NCBI GenBank assembly: GCA_009103225.1
Contig: RHPI01002069.1
Coordinates: forward strand, 1,346,744 to 1,410,743
Source: Chlorokybus atmophyticus
Lineage: Eukaryota; Plantae; Mesostigma and Chlorokybus algae
Length of the DNA stretch: 64,000 bases
Direction: 5' to 3'
Shown here: piece after piece, positions 49,680-64,000 of the stretch
Layout: each line of letters opens with the position of its first letter
How positions within the stretch are numbered: the stretch's first letter is position 1
Notes under the pieces: model-generated
What the model was told of the DNA's origin: nothing
Databases searched by the model: none
Seen by the model: the letters and a program-made list of their open reading frames with translations, nothing else
Made by a program: the position numbers and the translations under genes

Positions 49680-50120
49680 GGCATAGGCGGAGGGGAGCAC
49701 CGTTGGGTTGGAGACATGAAATGAACTGCTATAATTGCAAAACACTTTTCTGTTCTCAATGTGGACTTACAGCCCATTGGGTAGAGTGACATCTAGTGAC
49801 ATCATGCATGCCTACGCCTGCTGGGTGGTGGTAATGTCTCAGTGTACAGTGCATTTGCTGATTATGTTTATCAACTTCACTATCAGTTGTAATGTCTTCA
49901 CCAATGCTCTATAAACCATGTCTTGTTCTTCTAGGCATGATAAAGTGCATGGTCCCCAAAATCACGCACACCAACCCGCCATATCACTCTCTATACTGCG
50001 CTGCAGTAGTCTAGTTGATAGAGCGCACTTGTTGATAACACAGCTCCGTTAATTACTAGGGCTTAGGAACAACACACTTCTGCATCTCGCACAAGTATTT
50101 GAGCGGCAGACAATGCTAAC

Positions 50121-50291
<171 letters not shown>

Positions 50292-50911
50292 CCGTTCCGT
50301 CACTCTCGCGCTCACTCTCCAATTTGCTCTGCATAAATCTTGCTCGCTCTCGCATACGCACATGCTCACTCCTTTTGCCTCTCGTATCCCCGACACTACA
50401 CACCGCTGATTGCTGAACGGCTCACAATATCAGTACATACACTATCCGAACCACTGGAAGTGAAACTGCTGTACACATGTGTGAGTTTATGTGCATTGCC
50501 AATGCTGTTGTACACATCGACAGCCAGCGGCGATGTACAATAGCACATCCTGTTAGTTAGACTCTGGAGATATCATGACACAATATGGACTGCATCACAT
50601 CGGAGAGTTGCTACCAAAGCACCACCATTTTTGTGACATCTGCATGCAATGCGCTTAACTGACAGTGCGAGTCCCTCAGTCATTGCCTTATCTCACCACA
50701 GCAAGCGGGCAGGCTACCAGACCTCAAACTAGACTGAGGGGCAACCGTGCGACCGCAAGTCTTCAGGTTACTAAAGTGGTCATCATCGGGACTCACATCA
50801 TTCACTCGCAACGCTCGCACACAGCTGGAATCCTTTGGCAGCTCAAAACCAATGAATGTTTGACGTCACACGCCTAATCATAAACCACAATACACACCAA
50901 AGTCGTCCAAC

Positions 50912-53173
50912 TCAAAAATTCATCAGGATGTTTTCTCGGGAGACACCCTGCTCTTGCAAAAGCTTGATCACCTCCTGCATCAAGCACACAAGTTGGAATG
51001 CTAATACGGATGGAGTAGCAGATTTCTGGGCAACAACATCACACTTGTCAAGTCCACGCATGCAGTGCGTTACCTCAGTCATGGCCTTCTGACCCACAAG
51101 CACTGCCGCAGCCAGCTCCGCATTGGAAACGGGTGCGTCTGAGGCGTACGCAGCCTGCACGTGGATGCATCCAATCAACTTGGCCATGTCAACAACAGTT
51201 CGCAGAACATAGCAGGTGAAGGGCAGCGCACACTACAATGGCAGCTGATGTCCGGTCATACTGTCAAGAGTTTTGCATACCTGAACATAGCCTGTGTGGC
51301 CTGTCCAGTCTTTGCAGTCCTCTGGTTGCGACATGACGGGGATAACGCGGATGCCGGCTGCTTCCCACTCCTTGAACTTGTCCTGCATGCCATGAGTGCT
51401 TAAGCACAATTATATGAACTGAGTCTGCACGTGCAAGACAAGTTCGGGGTAGCCAACGCAGTGCTTGCTCGCTTACCATGTAAGCCATATGCGCTGGTGT
51501 GCGTGCTCCGTAGTACAATCGCACATCAGACCGCTCGCCTTGCAACACACCCTCTTCGACCAATGAACGGATGGGGCTGCGAGAGAATATCCACAAGTCA
51601 AACCAGCACTTGCATTACATGTTGGGTCGATCGATGTGGTATTGTGCAACTGGGTGGCTGGTCTTCATGTGTTATATAACACATGAAGCACAGTCTTGGC
51701 AGATTGACAGTCAGAGCAACAACAGATTGGATGAGTGTTGGCTTCTGTGCATGGTGTCAGGGCTACTGTCACATTGAGCATACCTAATCCCGGACCCCGT
51801 GGCAAACAGGACTACCGCAGGCCTATCCTCAGCGGGCTGCAACCTGTCCACGTTGAAACCCTTTCCCATGACAGCGCTCATGTTAACAGCAGCACCTGCA
51901 GCACTCCAAAGCAGAGCACACAGGGTTGGTAACGCAGTCAAAACTGCACACAAGTATTATGTTCTTATACTTTGTGACAAAGGTGTTGGTGGTCTCTCAG
52001 CCATGCAAGCAACGGCAATAAATAGCGAACTTTCTCATACACTGTGCTACTCAAAGACAAACACAAAAGATGCTTTAAAACAACAGAAAGCGGAGGTGCA
52101 TACTTACCTTTAGGCAGCCCACAGATCTGTCCAGCAGTGCCGTCACTGTACTTGATCAAAAACTCCAGCCCACCGCTGCTTTTCAAAACAACTTCAGTAA
52201 CCATGACTATAGCCAGCAACGTGCCATGGCCAGTTGCATGATTGCACCTGCTGGATAGCTTTGGGGCTGAAGCGATGGCGATGAACGCAGGTTTGCTATC
52301 TTCGACCTTGAACTGCACAAACTGGCCAGGCTTCTCATACTTCAAGTCCTTCACCTAAATAGTAGACAGCATGCTTTAAATATCACAACATGTTGGACAA
52401 GCAGCGGTGGCCAACATGACATGTACCAGTACTGTTCTCTACTTGTGCCACTGACACAACCATTTCAATGTTTATGCGCATAGAAGTTCTTGTAATGTAT
52501 AACGTGAATGCCATTGATCAGCAGACTTGTATGTTATGACGGATGTTTTGATTTCGACTTGGATCTGTGTTGGTTGCTTTCGCGTCCAACTCGTGCACAA
52601 ACTATGCAGCGCAGGCTGGAGCTGCAATTGCAGTTGTAACAGCAAAACACTGGTGAAGCCCCACCTTGCTGACGTCCACAACAACCTTATACAGCTGCTC
52701 CGCCACCTGCTCCTTCTCCGCAACATTAACAGTGTTCCATGCGACTTCCGCGCCCCATTGCGCTGTAATGGCAAAGCGAACGGGTTTCCTGCTGCTTCTG
52801 CGCTGCAAAGCTTGTGCGGCAACCGAAGCTGATCGCCTGCGCATGTGAGAAACCACTATTAACCTGGTTGCATAATATGCCCATGTTGAGCAATACCATA
52901 GCCAACGTCCTGCCCTTCCTCAGCTGGCACTTGCCTCAACCCATTGAAGCTTGCAACAACCCGCGAGCTGGAACTAGCTGCCGACCCTGAAGCCATTATG
53001 CACTCAGCTGTGCCACAATAGGGGTAACTTATTCTTTCGAAGAGCAGCACACAATGCTGGAAACAAATGAAGTCATCAGCAAGCAGGTCAATCGCTGGCA
53101 TTTTGTGCTCACCTGGCCATGCAGTGTTGCGAGCGAGTGCTGGCAGCGGCACTACTGCCGTGATCATCGCCAT
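50912..53173 (-). CDS. FNR-like FAD/NAD(P)-binding oxidoreductase (fruit protein pKIWI502-like), probably plastid-targeted
   Basis: Ser/Ala/Arg-rich N-terminus; YEKPGQFVQFKVEDSKPAFIAIASAP; LEFLIK; VMGKGF; VVLFATGSGI|SPIRSL; VRLYYGART; AVLVGQKAM; GVSRENILMNF*. Confidence 0.88.
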
Positions 53174-53714
53174 GCTTCTGCCTAACCAATAGCAATACGC
53201 TGATGCCAGTGCCAGCTGTTAGGGTGGTTTCACAGCCTGGACAAGCAACAGCTGCAGTAAGCTTAAGCGGCACCGCAAAACAGTGTAACGGCTGCAGAAT
53301 GCATGCCTGTAAGCAGCTTTAGATCAATGCTGCATACTAACAAGCTGATGGAGAAGATAAGAACATGTTACGCACACATTGACCTCATAGTCAGCGCTGA
53401 ATGCAGCGTGGCATGACAGAAACAGGCGGCGCCGCAGCGTCCAAGCTGTGACGCTGCTGCTGCTCAGCATATCAGGCATAGCAAGCATCACAACCCAAGC
53501 TTGCCTGCTGTATACAGAGAAAGACAGTCAGTAGCTGCGCCTTCGTCGCCCTCTCCTCTTCCGCCGCCACCGCCACCGCCGCCGCTTCCGCCAACTGGTG
53601 TTTCTCGCACAGCCTGGAAGTCAGCTTGTGGCTTAGTGGGGCTGGGCAAGGAAGGGAAGTTTCTGGCCTTCCGCTTGGCAAAAGTCATGGCTTCTATGGT
53701 GTAACGGCAGTGTT

Positions 53715-56270
<2,556 letters not shown>

Positions 56271-56889
56271 TTCAATTATGCTTGTTGTTTTGTACTTCGC
56301 AACACTCCTTGGTGCTTATGATGTAGACGTTACGGTGTCAGCAAGCAACCTGTCAGCACTCCATTCACAGACTATTACACCATGGTGATGCGGGTCTGTT
56401 ACGGTCATGCTGGCTCATGCAGATTTCATTTGATTAGGAGTTTCAGACACGGGCACTGTTGCCATAGCAATTGCCTATGGTCGCATAGTGCTATTTTACA
56501 GAATCTATGCAGGTGCAACAAAGTGTTGCGGAGTATATGGCATCAATGTGTTGGCCTCTGAAACTCCAACTCTTGGCATGCATCTTCGCTTGCACATGCA
56601 GTGGAGCTCTACCAATAGATATATACAATGTGCTTGCTTACTGCCTACATAGTTTGCTTGCATATCTTTCATACCGTAAACGCATACATAACACACAAGA
56701 GTTGCGTAAAACAAACTCCGAACATCTATTTGTTATCCCACTCATTGCCATTGCTGAGCTATCAACACACAATCAATTGCTCTGGGCATATGGGCAAATG
56801 TAGTTTCATGTGATTTGCAATATAAAGCTTACAGATATATAGTATACACGTACAAAGCAATACATGTATAATTATATGCTTCAAAAGGT

Positions 56890-56892
<3 letters not shown>

Positions 56893-56920
<28 letters not shown>
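56893..56920. repeat. (AT)14 microsatellite
   Basis: Read directly. Confidence 0.95.
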
Positions 56921-56924
<4 letters not shown>

Positions 56925-57737
56925 AGCATACTTACCTATGCATTTGCAAGCGCTTGTCGGCGACAAGTATCAATGTTCACAAGCAACATTGTTGTCATAA
57001 AACGCTTGTGTTGATAACTGCAACAACTCTTGTTGCAGCATTCAAATACGCGTGATGTTTAAACGCAGATGGTATGCGATGTTCACACTATAATATAGAA
57101 TAACATTTCTGAATCCTTATACGTAATCATGTAAGGACCTTTGTGCCTATCATTGTAATAATTTGCACACGCGAGTAAAAAAAGCTTTGCTATTGCAACT
57201 TTTCTGTGATTGTTTGAGAGGTCATCTTAAAACTGCATACATCGACTCTATACCATATACATCACCTAACATGGGGGCTGTGGCTCATTGGAAGGTGGAT
57301 AGGACAGAGTAGTAGATGTATGCTGCCAGGTGGACACTGCTGACGTCATCATTGTACGCTTCAAAACTTAGCCGCACGGAATCGTTCGAACGGCATCCTC
57401 ACGTGGTATCTTTCCATGTTGCGTCTAAGTGTCGCCGTTTATACAAACGACACCATCCAACTCGACCCAACGGCGTCAACCCCGGATTCGTCACAGAAAG
57501 TGTTATTAGATTGAGTCCATCACAGTTGTTGAGCATTTGTTACACAAACTCTTGTAGGCTTAATGTAACGGTTAACAACAAGACCGTGCCGTTAGCGGGT
57601 TTGACACAAGGGAGTTGATGTCCGGTTTAAGTAAAGCCAGTGCTTCAGGGAAGATAAAGCTGACGCTGGTGTCGGAGGTGTTGTCGTCCGTGGCGGCGGC
57701 GGCGGTCGCCAGGAGGTAGAGGTGCTACCGCGCGTGG

Positions 57738-60700
57738 ATGATGGCAGCCTGCGTGCCGGTAGCACGCCTGGCACAGATAGGGCAAGCGTCCAGCTCAAGC
57801 TTCCAGTGCAGTCTCAAGCTTGGGTCAGCACCTCCGTTGCAACGTGGCAATGCTGGTGGGCAGGCGCTGCTGACGCCGCCGCCGCCCCTTCTGGCCTTGC
57901 GGCGGCGGCGGAGAAGGAGTAGAGGAGCGACCATGTTTGCGCGTGCCTCATCGACCACGGACGGCAAGTGAGAGCCTTCGTTGGTTTGAGGCCGTGAATA
58001 CACTTTTGCATGCAGACTGCACTAGCCGTGCATTTGAGAAACGTAACCCTGCTTACTAGCGCGCCGTTGTTGCCTGAATTGTACTGGACACATAGTTGCA
58101 CTGTAGTTGAGATTGATGTGAAGCACTGAAGTTGCACAAACGCAACTTGAAGTTCACTGGTTCTTGATTTGCCTTGCCAGAGCTGACGAGTTCGAGGCAG
58201 CTTCGTCCGTAGCTTCAGAACTGCAGGCGTCCACATCAGTAGCATCACATGTTAGTGCCGACGTGCCTGTGGAGGTTGCAGCTGCAGTGCCGGAATCACC
58301 ACCATCTGTGCCAAACCGTAAAGTGGTGATCCTTGTGGAGCCTTCCCCCTTCTCACATGTACGTCCAAACAGCAGCACGAACCGTTTGCTGTCGGTAGTT
58401 CAACCAGTTTGTGCGCATTGCACACATATAACATCTGGGTACGCGTGCATGCGCACATACATACATTGACCCAAGCTTGAAAGAGGAATGTGGGAAAGTC
58501 AGAGCGAGCACAGTGCTGCTTGCGCACAACCCATGTCAGCGCTTGCTGACTTGGGTTGAGTTGCTGCGCATTGGGTCCAGCGTTCATTCGTTCGTTACAC
58601 AAAATTATTCAATGGCATTATTTTGTGCAATCTGCTTACCTATCCACAATGTAGAGGTTGCAGTGCTCACCTACCCAACCTTAAACTGAGATAAGTCCGA
58701 AGAGGCGGAAGTTGGTTTAAAGGAGTTTCTGCCCCGCGTGAAAAAGAGGGGAGGGGGGGATTGCTGAGCCGCTGTGTTTAGTAACATACTGTTGCTTTGG
58801 TATGCGTGTGCCTCTTATTGCAGCCTTTGTGCATCAGGTAAGTGGTATGAAGAATCGCTTTCAGTGCTTGATACGAGAACTTCGGAATGCGGGAGATGAG
58901 GTGCTTGTCGTTACGCCTGATCCAAACCCACCAAAGGTAAAAGACAATGCTGCGAGGTTGGTCTCATGCAGAATCTGACTCGCCACCTTGTACACTTCCA
59001 GGAGTTCTTCGGTGCTCGAGTAATGCGCGTGATGGGCTTTGTCGCCCCATTCTACAGAGTGCCTACATTCCTGCTTTCGCTGGGACTTTCGGTGCGAGTG
59101 TTCTGGACTCTGCTCTCAAACCGCCCAGACATCCTGCACGTCTCTTCACCAGGTTTCATTGTCTTCGCTGGTATCCTGTACGCCAAGCTGCTGCGCATTC
59201 CTCTCGTGGTGTCGTATCATACCCACATCCCCGCTTACATTCCCCAGTACACCTTCAAGTGGCTTGTCTGGCCCATGTGTGAGTAATCTGTGCACATTAT
59301 GCAGCACTGAGTTGCAGGGCCGCAAACGTACAATGCTTTTTATTTGCTGCTGTTGACCAAATGTTGTAACTTTGCAGGGGCTGTCATCCGATTCTGCCAC
59401 AGGATGGCAGACGTCACTCTTGTAACATCATCTCAGATTCTAGAAGAGTTTGTTGCCAACCGCTGCCGCAAGGGTCATATCGAGGTCTGGAAGCACGGTG
59501 TGGACACAGAGGTTTTCCACCCGAGGTTTAAGTCTGCTGAAATGCGCCACATACTCAGGTACTGCTACAGTCTAACCTCGATGTATGCATATTTGATAAG
59601 TGCATATCCGCGATAGGTGCATGGTTTTGCCCGACACCTATGCACTCCGCTGGTAGTATAAAGCAGTGTAAGCGCATATCCGCGATTAGTGCATAGAAAG
59701 AGGTGTTCCCGATGGTACGCACTTATCGAGGTTAGACTGTACTCACAATGGGGTTACATGTTTCAGTGCGCAATGAATAACAACACTGCTTGCCAATCCT
59801 GGTATCTGATAGTGTATTGGTTACTTGTGCAGTGAAGGGCATCCAGATGCGCCTTTGATTATGTATGTCGGGCGCCTTGGTGCGGAGAAAGGCCTGGATC
59901 ACTTTCAAGCTGTGATTGATGCACTGCCCAATTGCCGAGTTGCTTTGGTCGGTGACGGTCCTTACCGCAAGACACTTGAGGAAAAGTTTGCTGGCAAGCG
60001 GGTCTACTTTGCTGGCATGATGCATGGCGAGACGCTGTCCGCCGCTTATGCCTCAGCAGACGTGTTCTTCATGCCATCTGAGGTAAGGTTGCCTTCCACC
60101 TGTGCAGAAGGTTATGCGTTCCATGTTTCACAGATATCTGACAGTGTACCTTGTGTGCAGTCTGAGACGTTGGGCTTTGTGGTGATTGAGTCCATGGCTG
60201 CTGGAACAGCAGTCGTGGCTGTGCGCGCCGGCGGCATCCCAGCATTGATTGAAGATGGTAAGACAGGGTTTCTGTACGCTCCAGGCGACCTGGCTTCTGC
60301 TGTTGAGCGGATACAAGCGCTCCTCACCGATCGGGAGCTGTTGAACACAATCAGCACATCAGCGCGCGCGGTAAGTCGTTCGATTCCATGTGGCGCTTCC
60401 TTAGTGTCCGGCAGGGTGTGTCACATGCTAGAGCAGTGGTTGCTCGAGCTAGGCTGGATTTCAGTTTTGTATCAAGGTCTTGTTCACGCGCAGGCTGTGG
60501 AGCAGTGGGGCTGGCGCGCAGTCACGAAGCACTTGAGGGAACATCAGTATCAGGCTGCTATTCAACGCAAAGGCCTTGGCTACCGCCACAGGTAGCTTAG
60601 ATGCGCTGCAGCACGCCTCTTTGCAGCACTCTGTGGCCCACTGTTGGCCGACAGTCGGCCACAGAGTAATAGTACACATTTACCATGATGCCTTCAATGC

Positions 60701-60875
60701 AATGGCACAAGTGGCATGCTCACTTTACATGTGCATGTGAATCAGGTGGATGCTGCTGCGAGTTGGGGTAATGCAGCGCCTGCGACGATTTGTACAGGCC
60801 ATTGCACAATTCTATCACTCCATGTATCTGCATCTGTCGCAGGCTTTGGGCGGCCGCAGATCAGGCGCTTTATGA
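57738..60875 (+). CDS. SQD2: Sulfoquinovosyltransferase (GT4 family, sulfolipid synthase), multi-exon
   Basis: Transit peptide; RKVVILVEPSPFSH|VSGMKNRFQ; PDILHVSSPGFIVF; PLVVSYHTHIPAYIP; WKHGVDTEVFHPRF; YVGRLGAEK; VGDGPYR; AYASADVFFMPSE|SETLGFVVIESMA. Confidence 0.95.
59568..59739. mobile_element. 172-bp MITE with perfect 15-bp TIRs and TA target-site duplication, in an SQD2 intron
   Basis: TA-cagtctaacctcgat ... atcgaggttagactg-TA. The TIR is 14/15 identical to the right TIR of the 916-3774 element. Confidence 0.92.
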
Positions 60876-61764
60876 GGCAGCAACATTTCTGTATGTGATT
60901 AGTAAGTTCCATATGCGAAAAACAGCTGCTGCCACCCACGCAGCTGTATGATATGTAGCAGCAGTGCAGTCATAATGTGTTTGTCAGCTGTTGATTTATT
61001 CCATTCGAAGTGTGTCCTAGTAGTCGTTTTCAGTTCCCCTCTCAGCATTGATGTGTCACAACTTGTACACGCCATGCATGCCATGTGCGGAGATGTATGG
61101 TATGCTATGTGTGGGCTTGTATTGATAACACCACCCCTGATGCATGCTACGAGTGGGCAGCAGAAGTACAATCACTCAGGCTACACTATTGACATGATGT
61201 CCTCGGCTTCATAATACCACCCCTGATGCATGCTATAACTGCGCAGCACAAGTCTGATTACTCACATGGTTACATGTGACTGTGGTGTCCTCGGTACGAT
61301 ATCATACTTCGAAGAGTGTCAGGGAGCAGTTGAGATACTGCATTATAAATGCGTATTTTGCTGCAATTGTTCAATTATACTTGAGAGTATCTTCATGGTT
61401 TAACCAACAACGCGTTTACGAACTTTTCATGCAGAATAGTAATCGTCCATTCAACGCAATGTCGAACTCGTTATCTTAACAGTTACAAATATTGATGGGT
61501 TTGTCATAACGCAAATCAAGTTTGGGTTGAAAGACTTTTTCAGAAGGGTAACAAGAGGCTCTTCTTACCAACACCTTGTTCTGCTTATAACTAATAGCGA
61601 ATTATCGTAATCATTGCCAGTGCTATTGGAATAATCACGTTTCAGCAATGCACCCCCAACATTAAAACCGATTCCTCTGTTGTGAGTATTTAACTATCGT
61701 GTTGCATGCTTGCAAGTCCGTTTTCTGTGTGGGAACGCATCTATGATTGTGCACGTGTGGCACA

Positions 61765-62470
61765 TCTTACCCAATTGATGCCTGGCAGCTTGGTACTATG
61801 ACATCGTTGAAACCTCCCTCCCTTCGCTGTATGATTGCCATGGCTTGTGCACCCTGCAACGCGCAGGCTACTTGCTAATGGGTAAAATGCACGAACCCCT
61901 CGCAGTGCCGCTATGCAGCCCCTCGTACCGTCATGATATGGCTCATGTACCAGCGCATGACGCGTCAAAAGTCCTCCTGAAGCGTGCCGTACAACTCCAT
62001 CACCAGCAGGTGGAAGGTGCGTTCGAGTGGGTGCCACCATACTTGCGGCACTTGGCTGCATGCACCGTCATGCCTGCCCGCTCTCCACACGCCGTGATGG
62101 GGCCATTCAGCAACATCTTCATGTCGCAGGGTGGGCTTTGATGCCACGAGATCAAGGCGTCCGCCCTGCGACTGCCTTGCGCAGATGGGCCTGAAACCCA
62201 ACTGCTCGCGACTCACACAACGAAGCCAACCTCGGTCACCGACGTGAACACCTTGTCACAAACACGTCGTGGGTGGCGGTGCGTGCGCATCTTAGGCCGC
62301 AGCGGAGCAGGTGTGTGCCCTCCAACCACAGAGTCGTCCCGCACGTGTGTGACACTCTGGTCAGTGATACATGTGGTAAGCCCAATGGTATGCGCAGCGC
62401 CGTCCGAAGATGTTGTTGGACAATCGCGTTGCTGACGTCAGGAGCAGTCTGCTCTGCCAAGCAACCTGCT
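61765..62470 (-). mobile_element. 3' fragment of a CRE-like non-LTR retrotransposon (zinc-knuckle remnant plus restriction-like endonuclease), degenerate
   Basis: HLRTALRIPLGLP...TCGTTLWLEGTHLLRC...RTATHD (RLGLP...CxCG...H...C...RHD pattern); GRLDLV; AAKCRKY; ELYG; VACALQGAQAMAI (SVALQRGNA-type terminal motif). Stops and frameshifts are present. Confidence 0.7.
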
Positions 62471-62771
62471 CATAAGCCCGCCACCGGTAATCTGCGCGCC
62501 TTGTGAGTCTAATGGTCAGGGTCTCGCCAGCAGGGTAGGCAACATGACTTGCCTATAATCATCAAATCACGCACAATTGGTATTGGCATGGCAACCGTCA
62601 AGCGCAAGGAAGCACCGATAAGCTAGGCACACGCTCCATCACCAATAGTGTTCGATAACCAAGTCCTTCTAGCAATCGGCTGTTCTGGTTTGCACTACGA
62701 ACTTGGCGGCAGTGCACAGTTGGAGAGCTCTCCAATCTCTGGCTTTTCCGTCTGCCATGTACAGGAAGAGT

Positions 62772-64000
62772 TCACTTAGTTTCTTCCACTGGTACTTTGT
62801 GGCTACTGTCACTGGAAGCGGTTGCCCTAAAGGCCCTGTTAACTATGTGCTTATCGAAGCAATGCTGCATACACATCGCAACTGCATCCAGGATACTAAC
62901 ATGATTGAACAATGCATCCTTGAAACAAACTGGTACTCACCAGCAGCTGATCCACATTCCAGGTGTTTCGGAAGAGAAGCACAGGCCTGTTGTACTGTGC
63001 AGCGAGACAATTGGTCAGTAGATGTTCCACAAAGCTTACGAGCAGGCAGAACAATGTGTGCAAAAGGGAAATGATTGAAATGTGTGAAGCAACAAACTCG
63101 CACCGCATCTTTCGCTACCACGCAGTTAAACAAGCGTCCAGCCTTTTCCACAGCAGGCCAGCCTGCATTCACCCAGCGCGCGACAGTATAGGGCAGCGGG
63201 TCCAACTGCGTCTCGACTCCATACTCACTTTGTAACCTATACTGCACCACCTGTTTACCACAGATGGCTCAGCATGCGTAATTGTGTTGACTGCATTGTG
63301 TCAGTGAACACGAGACACTCACCTCAAACTGCAGCTGTCCAACAGCTGCAACGATGGGGTCAGTTCTCCTATCATCCATGGAGTACAGCGCCTGCAGCAG
63401 CAAATCGTCAGTAATACTCTCAACGCAACCAACTGCGTGTGCTTGCAACTACAGTGCCCAAAGTGCCTCACATACTGCACGGATTCTGTAGTATAAACTG
63501 TTCTTGGTCTGAAGACCAGTATGAAAAAATTCAGTAAGCATACCTGCACAGCTCCCTCACCAAGCAGCTCAGAAATGCCCTTCTGAAACTGCTTGTACTT
63601 GGAGGGAGTCAAGTTCCGCAGATATGCAAACAGCTCTGGCGAGAATGTGGGGATGCCGGGGTAAGTGCGTTTTGGGCCACAATAGATGGTGTCGCCGATA
63701 GCGAATGCACCCGGGTTGTTAAGGCCGATTACTGCAAGCAGTAAGGCAATCAGCAACGAGACATGCTCAGTGCCATCTACAGCAAATTGTCAAACACTGG
63801 CTACCATCCACTGACAACCACCATTCAAACCCCTGTGTGTCCTCAATGACCAACTCAGTCCAACAACAGCATTTACGAATGGCTTACCATCACCAGCGAA
63901 TCCAGTATCCACAGTGCTGCGTTCTTGCGCAAACAGCTTCTGTGGTCGAGTTAGTGCAATGCTCTTCCCCGTGCGCGCAATCTGCACCTTCATGCCACGT
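62772..64000 (-). CDS. prfC: Bacterial-type peptide chain release factor 3 (probably plastid), 3' part; last exon uncertain
   Basis: [20 protein letters not shown]|[17 protein letters not shown]; [17 protein letters not shown]; [19 protein letters not shown]; [11 protein letters not shown]|[14 protein letters not shown]; [10 protein letters not shown]. Confidence 0.92.

Noticed and set aside
56928-56937. ATACTTACCT, resembling the U1 snRNA 5' end
   Set aside because: The downstream sequence has no U1 stem-loops or Sm site. The 10-mer is simply the reverse complement of a splice-donor consensus.

Overview
This is intron-rich eukaryotic nuclear DNA from a green alga. My inference is an early-diverging streptophyte-like lineage, based on plant-type Mn-SOD, DUF3755, SCYL1 and tRNA-Gly(GCC) sequences plus a retained minor-spliceosome gene. 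Spliced protein genes, left to right: SKA1(-), SCYL1(+), mitochondrial Mn-SOD(+), APC4(-), a small Pro-rich type-I membrane protein(-), a DeSI/PPPDE peptidase(+), a DUF3755 Myb-like protein(+), two identical RluA/RPUSD2-type pseudouridine synthase copies(-) in a 3,803-bp tandem duplication, U11/U12-35K (SNRNP35, +), a small protein carrying only a PDCD4/SERBP1-like N-terminal motif(+), an FNR-like pKIWI502-type oxidoreductase(-), a MetF/MTHFR-fold protein(+), SQD2(+) and the 3' part of bacterial-type release factor 3(-). There is one tRNA-Gly(GCC). Mobile DNA: an intron-containing pogo/Tigger transposon inserted into a Penelope-like (Chlamys-type) RT fragment, related MITEs, a second Penelope-like RT and two CRE-like non-LTR fragments. 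Two N gaps, single-N joins and very long poly-C tracts point to a gap-filled draft assembly, so the perfect duplication needs read-level checking. Gene models were built by eye from splice signals and remembered family motifs. No searches were run, and internal exon boundaries and some ends are approximate.
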